This document shows, piece after piece, positions 40,362 to 50,526 of a stretch of 56,293 nucleotides of DNA. This DNA comes from an uncultured Methanobrevibacter sp. GTDB taxonomy: Archaea; Methanobacteriota; Methanobacteria; Methanobacteriales; Methanobacteriaceae. The DNA is taken from the NCBI GenBank assembly GCA_900321995.1, contig ONYG01000232.1, forward strand, positions 1 through 56,293, in the 5' to 3' direction. The first letter of the stretch is position 1. The number at the start of each line of letters is the position of its first letter. The position numbers and the translations under genes are program-made. The notes below the pieces were generated by a model, which was not told the origin of the DNA, did not search any database, and saw only the letters and a program-made list of their open reading frames with translations.

Positions 40362-41489
40362 CTAAGAATCAAACCCATTTTTCTTTAAAATATCTTCAAT
40401 AATTTTAATCATCTCCACATCATCATTTAAAATACTTGAAGTTATATTCAATAATCCATCATCCATATCTAAAACTTCGATAAAATCTAAAACGAATCTA
40501 TATGAGTCTACAAAAGAATGCAATAATTTCATTATTTTGAAAAATTCATCCTTTGGAATGGACATTTCCATATACACTTCATCCCCTTCAACAATGAACT
40601 TCTTATATAAATCCAATTCAGAATAAGAATCTTCGATGAAATCTTTATTTAAGCTTGTATTATCAACAATTTTAGAATAATCTTTAGATTTTACAAGATT
40701 GATTTCACCTAATGAATCATCAGAAACTGAAACATCAGTTAACTTATTAGATGAACTATCAGAATCTTCTTTTTCTTCTTCTAAATTAGCATCGATAATC
40801 TCTTCAAAGCCCGAATCAGATATAGCTGAATTATAGAACCGGTCCTTTAAGACATCCCTATCAGGCTTAATAGATTCGACATCAATAGGAATGGAAACCC
40901 TTATGATCTTAGCATAAATTCCATTATCATATTCAAAATCAACATTTGAGATGAAATTTCTAATATTTCTTAATGTATTAAAGTCACCTATAGGGCCAAA
41001 CTTAATAAAACCCTTTCCATCTTCCAGACGAGTAAGTCTATTTTTATTTTTTAAAACCTTTAATTCCAAATCAGACAATTGGCTGCAATCGATTCTCAAT
41101 AAAATCACATCATTAAACTCTTCGCTATCTTCTGCAAAAACTATAGATGATTTTGAAGAATCCTCTGTATTTAAAATAGCCACTAATTTAGGCACTATTT
41201 GAGCGCCCATATCCATATAAGAAGATGTTGCAATAACTGGATCTCTTGCAAGACCAAAAAAGTAAGTAAACTCATTCTTATCCTTATAAATGCTAGTGTA
41301 ATATATTGATTCCTTGCTTGGCTTTCTATGTCTTATTGTAACATTGGAATCTGAATTAAAATAATCCAGATTGATTGATTCACAATCTATGGTGAATTGC
41401 TTTTCATTATCATGAAACCTTTCTAAAAACCTTTCAAAAGCCTTTTGACTTGATTTGATTTTGCTGTCTTTTATAATTCTTAAAACCAC
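40362..41489 (-). CDS. Hypothetical protein, 375 aa (globular N-domain, acidic linker, small C-terminal domain)
   Basis: Long ORF with a GTG start and GGGGTG RBS; no motif I can name confidently. Confidence 0.7.
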   Translation of the reverse strand: MVLRIIKDSKIKSSQKAFERFLERFHDNEKQFTIDCESINLDYFNSDSNVTIRHRKPSKESIYYTSIYKDKNEFTYFFGLARDPVIATSSYMDMGAQIVPKLVAILNTEDSSKSSIVFAEDSEEFNDVILLRIDCSQLSDLELKVLKNKNRLTRLEDGKGFIKFGPIGDFNTLRNIRNFISNVDFEYDNGIYAKIIRVSIPIDVESIKPDRDVLKDRFYNSAISDSGFEEIIDANLEEEKEDSDSSSNKLTDVSVSDDSLGEINLVKSKDYSKIVDNTSLNKDFIEDSYSELDLYKKFIVEGDEVYMEMSIPKDEFFKIMKLLHSFVDSYRFVLDFIEVLDMDDGLLNITSSILNDDVEMIKIIEDILKKNGFDS

Positions 41490-41572
41490 ATAAACACCCC
41501 TTAAGAAAAAATAAAAATAATAAATAGATATTTTAAAAAAAAATAATTTAAATAAATCTATCCATTTTTAAA

Positions 41573-44500
41573 TTAGAATTTTATCAATTCTTTTTTAACC
41601 TCCTTAAGACTTACATCAGAATGGTCTTCCAAATCTTCTTTACTCAAATCTTTAAACAAGTCCTCAAGATTAGCATCTTTTATTTGATTGAAAATTTCTT
41701 CGCTAAATTCATCTTCATTACAATCAAACTTGCCTAAAATCAAATCAACAAAGACTTTTCTTCTAATTAGTGCTTCCTTTTCAGAGATTGAATAGCCAAC
41801 TACTATGTCATTTACAGTAATAGTCCATAGGCCTTCCTTAAAATCGAAATTAATTCCGTCTAAATCAGAATATTTTCCGCTTAAACCTGGTCTTGGTTTT
41901 TTAACAAGTCTCCTTAAAAGTTTTTTACGTTCAATATAAGCTTCTTTAGGAGTAGGGAATGATTTTATTAAATCTCCACCAAGGTAAGCAATCCACTTTT
42001 CATTTTCCTCATCATATTCAATTTCAGTGGAATTTGCATATTTTTCATCAAAAGCGTTAACAGCTATTCTTTTTTCTTTCTTGGCTTTTTTCACCTTTGG
42101 CTTTTTCTCTTTAGAGACTTTAGGAACATCTTCATCATTAGATTCATTTGATTCTAAATCATTTTCACCATCTTCTATAGATTCCTCTTTTGATTTGATA
42201 GATTCAATAATTGTTTTAATAGATTTTTCAGAATCATTATCTGTTAATTCTTCACTTATTTCTTCAGTTATTTCCTTAGTTATCTCTTCAGATACTTCTC
42301 CAGGAACTTCTTCAGTGAGATCTTCAGCAGTAAAGCTTTCATTATTAGAAGAAGCAATACCATCTAATTCATCCTCAAAACTAGAATCTGAATCTTCATC
42401 AAACAAATCATTCAAATCCATATCATCAGAATCATTATCAAAAATATCTTCCATAGCAGAAGGAGAATCTAGATTATCTTCAGCTAACACATCCCCATAA
42501 GATATTAGATCATTTTTATTATCTTCTTCATAATCATTATAATATGAAACTGAATCAAAATCATCATTTAAACTTGACTGGGAAATATAATTAAAATCCT
42601 CAGTATCCATAATAGAATCTTCACCCAAATTCTCATCAATTGTTTTTTCTTCTTTTGTTCTTTGAGATGCTAAGATGTTGCCTAATGAATTGGTTCTAAA
42701 CTCTTTAACCTTTTCAGGCCTTTTATCAATAATATTAGATTTGATTTTGCTGTTTGTCTCAGCATTATCAATTTCCATAGCCTCTTCATAGCTAACTCTT
42801 ACTCCTCCTCGAACAAAGGTCTTTTCATCTTTAAAGGATTTTTCCTTTGTAGATTGTGATTGCTTAGGATAAGTTTTTCTTTTTGAACTTGCATCAGTGC
42901 TTAAATAATCCTTAGATTTTAAATTATCAGATTTAATTTCCCCAGAAGAATTAACTTCAGAACTTTCTTTCAATTCTTTAGATGATGAATCTTCAACTGG
43001 TTTATTTAAATTAGAAGATAAATTTTCAACTGATTTATTTGAATTAGAAGATAAATTTTCTACTGGTTTATTTAAATTAGAAGATAAATTTATATTTAGA
43101 TTCTCAGATAATCCTAATTTAGTTAATAAATCAAATTCCCAACCTAAACTTGATAAAATATGAATTAATTCATTCAAATCAATGGATTCGAACTTATAAT
43201 GCAATTTGACAAATATGCTGAAATATTCCTCGTCTTCTTTTGAATAGTTTAAATTAACCATATTATCCAAAAGATCCAAGAAGAGAATATTCTTTAATTC
43301 AGCCTTATTAACCATACCCTCTAGAGAAATGCATAAGTCTGCATCATTATAAGATAAGCTAATCTCTCGCCTAAATCCTTTAGAATCATATGAATTGAAT
43401 TTGATTTCCTTTAAATCCTTACGATTTTCCTTTTTAAAAAGATTTTCAGAGACATTTAAGAATCCGTTATCATTATCCAAAAGAGAATCATTAAGACCCA
43501 ATTCATCACTAAAATCATCTTCCTCATCCATATTCAAATCGGAAATGGTGTATTCATAGGAAATTCTACCTTTATTTTCCTTTTTAACTAATCCATAGAA
43601 AGAGCTTTTCTTATATTCTTCTATATCTGCAGAATTTTCATTCAAATTCTCATCATAATCCAATGAATTATCCAATTCTGATTGAGCATCATTTATTAGT
43701 TCATTATTAACAGTTGAATCTGAATCTGTGAGAGATGAATCCTCATCATCTACATCACCATTAAGAGAAGTCTCAACATCAGATCTTTCATTTAAAATAT
43801 ATTTGTCTGTGTTTGTCCTGAAGATATCATAATAACTTATAGGTGCTTCTTGACCTTCTGTTTCATTATTTTCTAAGGAGATATCATTTTCATCACTTAA
43901 TGAATTAGACTCATCAACTTTAGATAAACTTTCCGTATTATCTTCTTTAAGATCTGAATTGATGAAGTGCATATCTGCTACATCTACACCTTTAGCAATA
44001 AGAGCTTCCTTTAATCCATAGAATGCATCCTCTTCAGAATCGAAGTATCCTAAAATCTCATCATCATGTTTAGCAAGCCATAAATGCTTGTCAATATCAT
44101 AATCGATTCCATCAATAAAGGAATATTTTCCATTTGACTTTCTTGGAGGATATGGCATGCCCTTTAGAATCTTCCTTCTGGATTTTATAGCGTCTTCCTC
44201 TGAAGTGCACCTATCCCTTTCCATTCCTCTAAAGTAAACTACCCATTCTTTGCTGCTTTCATCAAATGAAACTGCATTTTCATCTGAGTTTATCTTGACC
44301 TTAAAGTCAAAGCTGTCATCGAAGGACTCTTCCTTATGGAATTCTAAGGCACTTACATCAAATCCCTTGGATTTAAGGAAATCCTTTTTAAAGTTAAAAG
44401 CATCCTCTTCACTATCAAAGAAACCTAATCTTTCTCCTTTGATAGTTAAAGTCCAAATCAGGTTTTTCTCATCATAAGTGATTCCCTTATGGATTGAGAA

Positions 44501-45730
44501 TAAACCATCCTTGTTTCTCTTTGGCTGAGCAAAACCTGATATGTATTTCAATCTTTCTTTAATTGCCTTTCTTTTAGTATCGCAGGTAGTGACATACTTA
44601 TTCTTATAGAATATCTTCCATCTGCCATCATTCTCATCTTCAACAATGCCTAAATCCTTTAGGTTAATCTCCAGATGATAGACATTAGATAAGTTTTTAA
44701 TGGCTTCCCTTTCGCTATCATAGTAATCTAAAACTTTTCCATCTTTCTTAATGTACCAAAGCTTGTGATTCTTATCAAATGAGATTTCCTTATAGTCTGA
44801 ATAGGAACCATTTTTTGGCTCAGGCAATGGCAATGTATCAATATATTCCTTTCTTGCAATAATTGCATTGTTTTCAGATATGAAATATCCTAGATCCTGC
44901 CCATCAAAACTTGCTTTCCATAAGAGCTCTTTCTCATCAAAATCTATTCCCTTAGAATTAGAGTATTTTCCATTATCCAATTTTTCAGGCATAATGCATC
45001 CTTTAAAGAATTCAAAAACCTTAAAGGAATCACTTAAAATGAAATTGAACCCTCTTTTTACTGCAACTTCTTTCGTTTTAAAATGGCCTATTGTTATTTT
45101 CTTACCATCATATTCAAAAAATGCAGTGTAAGCATTCAAATCCTCATTGAAATATACATTTTCCTGATTAAAAAAATCATGAACATCATAATTTGCCTTA
45201 TGCTGATACAATGATAACTTAGTCGGATCTGAACTATAATATTCTGTTTTATTTATGGAATTATTATTTATATTGTCCTTTATTTGATTTAAGAAGTTTT
45301 CATCATGGCGATAGCTTATGCCAGGATAATGTATCTTCATATAAGATTCATCATCTGTAATAGCACTATAAAAATAGCATAAAATATTGAATATCTTTTT
45401 ATGGGCTTTTAATGCAACATTCATCTCATCTCTTAATACCTGATGAGTTGCTATATTTCTATATTGACGTATAAAATCTAATTGATTAAATATTTTCTTT
45501 GGAATTACTCCCTTATTATTTAGATAATTTAACTTTGTTTTCTGGTCTGATTGAGTCATATCCCTATCAGATAATTTTGTGATATATTGAGTAACCCATT
45601 CCGCTATTTTTCCAGCCCAAATGACGGCATCTACACCATCACCTTCAACTATATTCTTTTCCATCCTCATGCAAAAATTAGATATTTCTGGAAAATCAGA
45701 GTCTAAAAACATAAAACTATGGTTTTTCAT
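41573..45730 (-). CDS. Large multidomain protein: DUF4145/HEPN-like N-domain, nine AP2-like repeats and acidic low-complexity regions
   Basis: N-terminus resembles DUF4145 (FMFLDSDFPEI...LDFIRQYRNIATH). Repeats have the form GIx(F/Y)Dxxxx(L)WxxxxxGxxLG(Y/F)FxSEx(E/D)A. GGGGTG RBS. Confidence 0.75.
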   Translation of the reverse strand: MKNHSFMFLDSDFPEISNFCMRMEKNIVEGDGVDAVIWAGKIAEWVTQYITKLSDRDMTQSDQKTKLNYLNNKGVIPKKIFNQLDFIRQYRNIATHQVLRDEMNVALKAHKKIFNILCYFYSAITDDESYMKIHYPGISYRHDENFLNQIKDNINNNSINKTEYYSSDPTKLSLYQHKANYDVHDFFNQENVYFNEDLNAYTAFFEYDGKKITIGHFKTKEVAVKRGFNFILSDSFKVFEFFKGCIMPEKLDNGKYSNSKGIDFDEKELLWKASFDGQDLGYFISENNAIIARKEYIDTLPLPEPKNGSYSDYKEISFDKNHKLWYIKKDGKVLDYYDSEREAIKNLSNVYHLEINLKDLGIVEDENDGRWKIFYKNKYVTTCDTKRKAIKERLKYISGFAQPKRNKDGLFSIHKGITYDEKNLIWTLTIKGERLGFFDSEEDAFNFKKDFLKSKGFDVSALEFHKEESFDDSFDFKVKINSDENAVSFDESSKEWVVYFRGMERDRCTSEEDAIKSRRKILKGMPYPPRKSNGKYSFIDGIDYDIDKHLWLAKHDDEILGYFDSEEDAFYGLKEALIAKGVDVADMHFINSDLKEDNTESLSKVDESNSLSDENDISLENNETEGQEAPISYYDIFRTNTDKYILNERSDVETSLNGDVDDEDSSLTDSDSTVNNELINDAQSELDNSLDYDENLNENSADIEEYKKSSFYGLVKKENKGRISYEYTISDLNMDEEDDFSDELGLNDSLLDNDNGFLNVSENLFKKENRKDLKEIKFNSYDSKGFRREISLSYNDADLCISLEGMVNKAELKNILFLDLLDNMVNLNYSKEDEEYFSIFVKLHYKFESIDLNELIHILSSLGWEFDLLTKLGLSENLNINLSSNLNKPVENLSSNSNKSVENLSSNLNKPVEDSSSKELKESSEVNSSGEIKSDNLKSKDYLSTDASSKRKTYPKQSQSTKEKSFKDEKTFVRGGVRVSYEEAMEIDNAETNSKIKSNIIDKRPEKVKEFRTNSLGNILASQRTKEEKTIDENLGEDSIMDTEDFNYISQSSLNDDFDSVSYYNDYEEDNKNDLISYGDVLAEDNLDSPSAMEDIFDNDSDDMDLNDLFDEDSDSSFEDELDGIASSNNESFTAEDLTEEVPGEVSEEITKEITEEISEELTDNDSEKSIKTIIESIKSKEESIEDGENDLESNESNDEDVPKVSKEKKPKVKKAKKEKRIAVNAFDEKYANSTEIEYDEENEKWIAYLGGDLIKSFPTPKEAYIERKKLLRRLVKKPRPGLSGKYSDLDGINFDFKEGLWTITVNDIVVGYSISEKEALIRRKVFVDLILGKFDCNEDEFSEEIFNQIKDANLEDLFKDLSKEDLEDHSDVSLKEVKKELIKF
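42990..43095 (-). repeat. Three 33-bp coding repeats (NLSSNLNKPVE) inside the large gene
   Basis: The protein reads NLSSNLNKPVENLSSNSNKSVENLSSNLNKPVED. Confidence 0.85.
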
Positions 45731-45961
45731 TACATATGCACCCCTAAAAATTTATACATATCAAAATATATTAAAATTGATATGCAAAAATAGCTATTTA
45801 CTATTTTTCAATAATAATATAGACTTGGTTTTATTTAAAGTTATTTAAAATGTTTTTAGAATTTAATATAGTAAAATATAGTAAAATATAATAAAAATTA
45901 GTAGGGTTTAATAAAAAAAGAAAAAAAGTATAATTTGATTGATAATAATAAAAAAATATTG

Positions 45962-46255
45962 CTAATCTTTTAAATCTGTTTTTGGAGGATATTTAATGGC
46001 GTTCTTTTTCATTTTGTTTAGGACTATCTCTTTGACATCAACATCCAATGCATCTGCCATCAGGAAGCAATAGTTCAAGACATCTGCCAATTCATCTACA
46101 ACCTCATTCTTATCATATTCCTTTTGCCATTGAAAGTGCTCCAATAATTCGGCTGCCTCTATTGATATTGACTTGGCCAAGTTCTCTGGAGTGTGATACC
46201 TTTTCCAGTCACGCTCACTTTGAAATTTGATTAGTTCCTTCATTAACTCTTCCAT
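45962..46255 (-). CDS. MazG-like nucleotide pyrophosphohydrolase (DCTPP1/RS21-C6 type)
   Basis: ERDWKRYHTPENLAKSISIEAAELLEHFQW, ELADVL and KMKKNAIKYP motifs. Confidence 0.9.
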   Translation of the reverse strand: MEELMKELIKFQSERDWKRYHTPENLAKSISIEAAELLEHFQWQKEYDKNEVVDELADVLNYCFLMADALDVDVKEIVLNKMKKNAIKYPPKTDLKD

Positions 46256-46339
46256 TCTATCACCCTAGTTAATTTATTGCTTTTGGATTTTGTTCAAGAT
46301 ATTTATTAATATTTATTAATATTTATTTTCTTATAACAG

Positions 46340-47116
46340 TTATTTTTGATTATTCTCTAAGAAACTGGAAGCTGCCAAAACGTTTTCCTTAAATTGAGGA
46401 TTTATATCTGTTAAAAATCCCATGAATGAAGATGCAATATCTTCACTTTGATAATCAACAGAATATTCTTCCCTAATTCCTAAAAAGTCATTAATCCATT
46501 CTTTCGGCACATTGATGAAAGGAAAGATAATCTTTTTATCAGACAAATCAAGGTCATAAATGCCATTTGCATCTTCAAACTTCCTATTCCAATTTATTCC
46601 ATTTCCATCAAAGATATCTGTTAAAATAAGATTTACCTCTTGATTTAGATTTAAAGATGATACTGCTGCATCAAAATCAGACAAACTAATCTTATCATCA
46701 TATTCAACAAAATCTATGCCATATTTTCTTGAATAAGGTTCTAAGACAATATATAAAAGTTCGGCATATGCATCATTTATATTTGGAATGAGAACAGTAT
46801 CCTTTGGATTTAGAGAATTTGCCAATGTCTTTGAACTTCTCTGACAAATCTTTTGAAAAAGAGAAGACCTTACGACTCCAATATTTGGATAATACTTGTT
46901 GAAAAGATTGATTCTCTTTTTGGAAAACTTTGAAAACCTTAAATTCTCTATATATAACTTGATGGAATCCTCATCTTCACAGTCGTGTTGATAAACAGAA
47001 ACGAAACGACTGTCTACACCAATCTGTTTTAAGAACTTCAATATTTCCTTTTTGCCGTCAAGCTCTTTTTCCTCATTGTTTTCAATAACAAAATTTGATA
47101 AAAAGTTCAAATCCAT
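46340..47116 (-). CDS. Conserved hypothetical protein, possibly a degenerate PP-loop fold
   Basis: 258-aa ORF with FSKFSKKR, FQKICQRSSK, LEPYSRKYG and IIFPFINVP; no intact nucleotide-binding motif seen. Confidence 0.55.
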   Translation of the reverse strand: MDLNFLSNFVIENNEEKELDGKKEILKFLKQIGVDSRFVSVYQHDCEDEDSIKLYIENLRFSKFSKKRINLFNKYYPNIGVVRSSLFQKICQRSSKTLANSLNPKDTVLIPNINDAYAELLYIVLEPYSRKYGIDFVEYDDKISLSDFDAAVSSLNLNQEVNLILTDIFDGNGINWNRKFEDANGIYDLDLSDKKIIFPFINVPKEWINDFLGIREEYSVDYQSEDIASSFMGFLTDINPQFKENVLAASSFLENNQK

Positions 47117-47225
47117 AAAATCACATGATAAGAATTTTAATAAAATAATAAATAAATGAAAATTAAAAAAATAAAAGATTAAATAAAATAAACTAAAATA
47201 AAATAAAAAAATAATTTAAATTAAA

Positions 47226-48104
47226 TTAAATACCCAATACATCCAATAAAGCTTTTTCCATAATATTCACTGGAGCCTCTTTTCCTAGCCATATTTCAAA
47301 GCTGCGAATGCCTTGATAGAGTAACATCTTATATCCATAAACCACTTCAGCATTAGCCTTTTTAGCCTCTTTAATTAATGAAGTTTCCATAGGTGTGTAA
47401 ACGATATCATTAACCACCAAATCCTCATGCATCATATCTGCACTTGCTATTGGCTTATCATTTACATTAGGATACATCCCAATAGGAGTAGTGTCTATCA
47501 ATATATCAGAACTGTCCAAGACTCTTTTTAAGTCATCAATTTCATAAGCATTAACATTATTAAAATCATATTCCTGCTTATTTAGGTTGGATCTTAACTC
47601 TTCCTTAAGGGATTTGGCCTTTTCATAGTTTCTATTTAAAATGGACAATTCATCAATACCGGAGCAAGCCATCTGGAATGCAATAGCCCTTGATGCTCCT
47701 CCTGCACCAAGTATTGTAACTTTTTTATCTTTGATGGAAGTCTTCTCTTCAATAGCCCTTAAACATCCATATGCATCTGTATTGAATCCTTTAGTAAAGA
47801 CTTCTCCATCACCATAATCAAACTTAATGGTGTTTACCGCACCAATCATCCTTGCAATAGGATCAATATCATCTAAAAAAGGAATAACATTGGATTTATG
47901 AGGAATAGTAACATTCAAACCCTTGATTCCAAGGCCTTTTGCACCTCCAATCGCATCAGACAGCCTATTTCCCTTTACATGAAAAGGAAGATAAACATAG
48001 TTTAATCCTAAAGACTGTAAGCCAGCATTTTGCATAGCTGGAGAGAATGTATGCTCAATAGGGTCTCCAATAACTCCTAAAATATTTGTTTTTCCATCAA
48101 TCAC
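47226..48104 (-). CDS. aroE: Shikimate dehydrogenase
   Basis: GDPIEHTFSP, NVTIPHK, GAVNT, NTD, GAGGASRA and DIVYTP motifs. Confidence 0.96.
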   Translation of the reverse strand: MIDGKTNILGVIGDPIEHTFSPAMQNAGLQSLGLNYVYLPFHVKGNRLSDAIGGAKGLGIKGLNVTIPHKSNVIPFLDDIDPIARMIGAVNTIKFDYGDGEVFTKGFNTDAYGCLRAIEEKTSIKDKKVTILGAGGASRAIAFQMACSGIDELSILNRNYEKAKSLKEELRSNLNKQEYDFNNVNAYEIDDLKRVLDSSDILIDTTPIGMYPNVNDKPIASADMMHEDLVVNDIVYTPMETSLIKEAKKANAEVVYGYKMLLYQGIRSFEIWLGKEAPVNIMEKALLDVLGI

Positions 48105-48185
48105 AGTAACACCTTAAAATTATATAAATATCTTAAAATTTATAAATATGACAGAATTTGAAAAATCATAGAATGAAATAACTAA

Positions 48186-48734
48186 TTAAAACTCCAATTG
48201 CTCAGCTAAGCACATCTTGCAGACTGCATTAGGAGACTCAAGATTAGCCTCCTTAACAGGACAGTAGAATACTCCATCCTTTTCCTCTACCTTTAAGGAA
48301 CCTGGGAAAGGAGTTCCAACTGGATGAATAGGCTCTTCAAGAATATATGTTGTGTATAATGAAACAATAGCATAAATCAAAGGAAATTTAGTCTTTGATG
48401 TTTTTGATTCTTCATTCTGATAAGACTTTAATGTGGAAATGGAATCTATAAAATCCTCCTTATTGATCTCATCATCATATTGAGTCCTATCATCACGAAT
48501 ATCCTTTATACGACCTAAAAAGTATTTGACATAAACTGCATTTGTCTTCTCCCTATATTCATCCTGAACATATTTGGTGTCTTCCAATAGCTCTGCTGAG
48601 ACACTCATCAAATCATATACAGAAATAGTTCCAGAATGGTCCTTTAAGATCTCCAAAAGGGATTCCTTTGATACAGTCTCCTCATTTGAAACAATGTTTT
48701 TAAAGTCATCATAAATTTCTAAATTATTTGCCAT
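48186..48734 (-). CDS. DUF2115 / UPF0305 methanogen protein
   Basis: EPIHPVGTPFPG, YCPVKE and AVCKMC motifs. Confidence 0.8.
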   Translation of the reverse strand: MANNLEIYDDFKNIVSNEETVSKESLLEILKDHSGTISVYDLMSVSAELLEDTKYVQDEYREKTNAVYVKYFLGRIKDIRDDRTQYDDEINKEDFIDSISTLKSYQNEESKTSKTKFPLIYAIVSLYTTYILEEPIHPVGTPFPGSLKVEEKDGVFYCPVKEANLESPNAVCKMCLAEQLEF

Positions 48735-49115
48735 AAAATCACAGTAAATAGAATATTTCTTGAATAATCAATATTAAAGAATATAATTTTTAATATATTA
48801 AAATTTTTTTATAAATCAGATATTTCTTAAATAAAACTGATTATGGAGAAATTTTCAATATTATATTTTTCAAATTATATTTTCAATATTATAAAATTTT
48901 AATTTGAATTATTATTATACTATTATATTAATTATATAATAAGTATTATAAAGAATAAATAATATAAATTATTATTGTTAAACAATTTACTTAAAATCAA
49001 TTGAATTAATTTATAAAATACCATTGGAAACATTTTACTTAAATTCAATTGAAATTAAATATAAAATAAAATTAATCTAATAAAATATTATTTAAAAAGA
49101 TATTGGAGAATCAAA

Positions 49116-50417
49116 ATGGAATTTGAAAGACCAAGAGGAACAAGAGACTTTCTCTTTGAAGAAATGAGAGCTAGAAAACAAGCTGAAGACACATTAAGAA
49201 ATGTATTTGAAAATTACGGATTCGGTGAAGTGCAAACACCATTATTTGAAGACTTAAAATTATTCACTACAAAATCTGGAGAGGAGATTGTAGATCAATT
49301 ATACAACTTTAAGGATAAGGGAGATAGAGACTTAGCCCTTAGGCCTGAAATCACCGCACCTATTGCAAGATTATACTTAAACGAATTGCAAAAGACATCA
49401 AAGCCTATTAAGCTCTACTATTACGGCAGCTGTTTCAGATATGAAAGACCTCAAAAAGGCAGATTCAGACAATTCTGGCAATTCGGTTGCGAATTGATTG
49501 GAGCGAAAACACCTGAAGGTGAAGCTGAAGTCATTGCAATGTGTAACAATGCAATTGAAGAGCTTGGAATCACAACTGCTGAATTTAACGTTAACCACCT
49601 TGGAATTATCCGTGGATTATTTGCTCACTTTGATATTGATGCAGCTACCCAAAGGGAGATAATGGTTGTAATTGATAAGGGAGACAAGGAATTGTTAAAA
49701 GACTCTCTTGTAGGTGAAAATCCTATAATTAAAGACAAAGGAGAACTTAATGAAGTCTTATTCAAATTGATGGACATGGTAGGAGACTCTTCAATTATTA
49801 AAGATATAAGAGAACTTGTATCTCCATATGAAGAAACTGCTGAAGCATTAGCAGAATTTGAGGAACTTGTAAAAACCCTTGAAAGTTTTCAAGTATTTAA
49901 CTATAAGCTAAACCTTGGAGTTGCAAGAGGCCTTGACTATTACACTGGAATCGTATTTGAAGTCTATGTGGAAGGCCTTGGCGCACAAAAGCAAGTTTGT
50001 GGAGGAGGAACCTACAACCTTGTTAAGCTCTTCGGTGGAGAGGATGTAGTATCAACTGGTTTTGCACTAGGATTTGACAGATTGATGAATGCAATTGAAG
50101 AGTTAAATGGCAAAGCAGAAATTGAGCCTATTGTAAAGGCATATGTTGCTGCAATTTCAGACTCAACAAGACATGATGCATTCAGCATAGCTCAAAACCT
50201 TAGAAAAGCAGACATTCCTACTGAAGTGGACTTATCCAGAAAGAAATTCAAGAAATTGCTTTCATATGCAAACAAGATTGGAGTAAAATATACTGTTCTT
50301 GTTGGAGAACGTGACCTTGAAGAAGGTAAAGTTACTGTAAAGGACATGGAATCTGGAGAACAGGAATTAGTCCCAGTGGATGAAGTGGCTAGCTACATCA
50401 AAGAAAATTGCGAATAA
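49116..50417 (+). CDS. hisS: Histidyl-tRNA synthetase
   Basis: PRGTRDF, LRPEITA, FRYERPQKGRFRQFWQ, RGLDYYTG and GFALGFDR motifs. Confidence 0.97.
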   Translation: MEFERPRGTRDFLFEEMRARKQAEDTLRNVFENYGFGEVQTPLFEDLKLFTTKSGEEIVDQLYNFKDKGDRDLALRPEITAPIARLYLNELQKTSKPIKLYYYGSCFRYERPQKGRFRQFWQFGCELIGAKTPEGEAEVIAMCNNAIEELGITTAEFNVNHLGIIRGLFAHFDIDAATQREIMVVIDKGDKELLKDSLVGENPIIKDKGELNEVLFKLMDMVGDSSIIKDIRELVSPYEETAEALAEFEELVKTLESFQVFNYKLNLGVARGLDYYTGIVFEVYVEGLGAQKQVCGGGTYNLVKLFGGEDVVSTGFALGFDRLMNAIEELNGKAEIEPIVKAYVAAISDSTRHDAFSIAQNLRKADIPTEVDLSRKKFKKLLSYANKIGVKYTVLVGERDLEEGKVTVKDMESGEQELVPVDEVASYIKENCE

Positions 50418-50526
50418 AATTAGAATAGAAGAAAAATAAAAAAGAAAAATAAAAAATTAATTATTTTCAATTACAATATTGTCAAAAACATAATAAAATA
50501 TATTTATTTCCAAAAAAGGTGAAACC

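Noticed and set aside
44000..45160. HNH-AP2 homing endonuclease or intein
   Set aside because: I saw no HNH motif and no intein splice-junction residues; only the AP2-like repeats are present.
45350..45730. Type I restriction enzyme HsdR
   Set aside because: The N-terminus resembles the DUF4145 region found on some HsdR proteins, but there are no helicase motifs and no hsdM or hsdS nearby.
42027..45848. Plus-strand ORFs opposite the HEPN-AP2 gene as a possible antitoxin
   Set aside because: Ser/Leu/Phe-rich mirror translations of Glu/Asp/Lys codons with no independent evidence.
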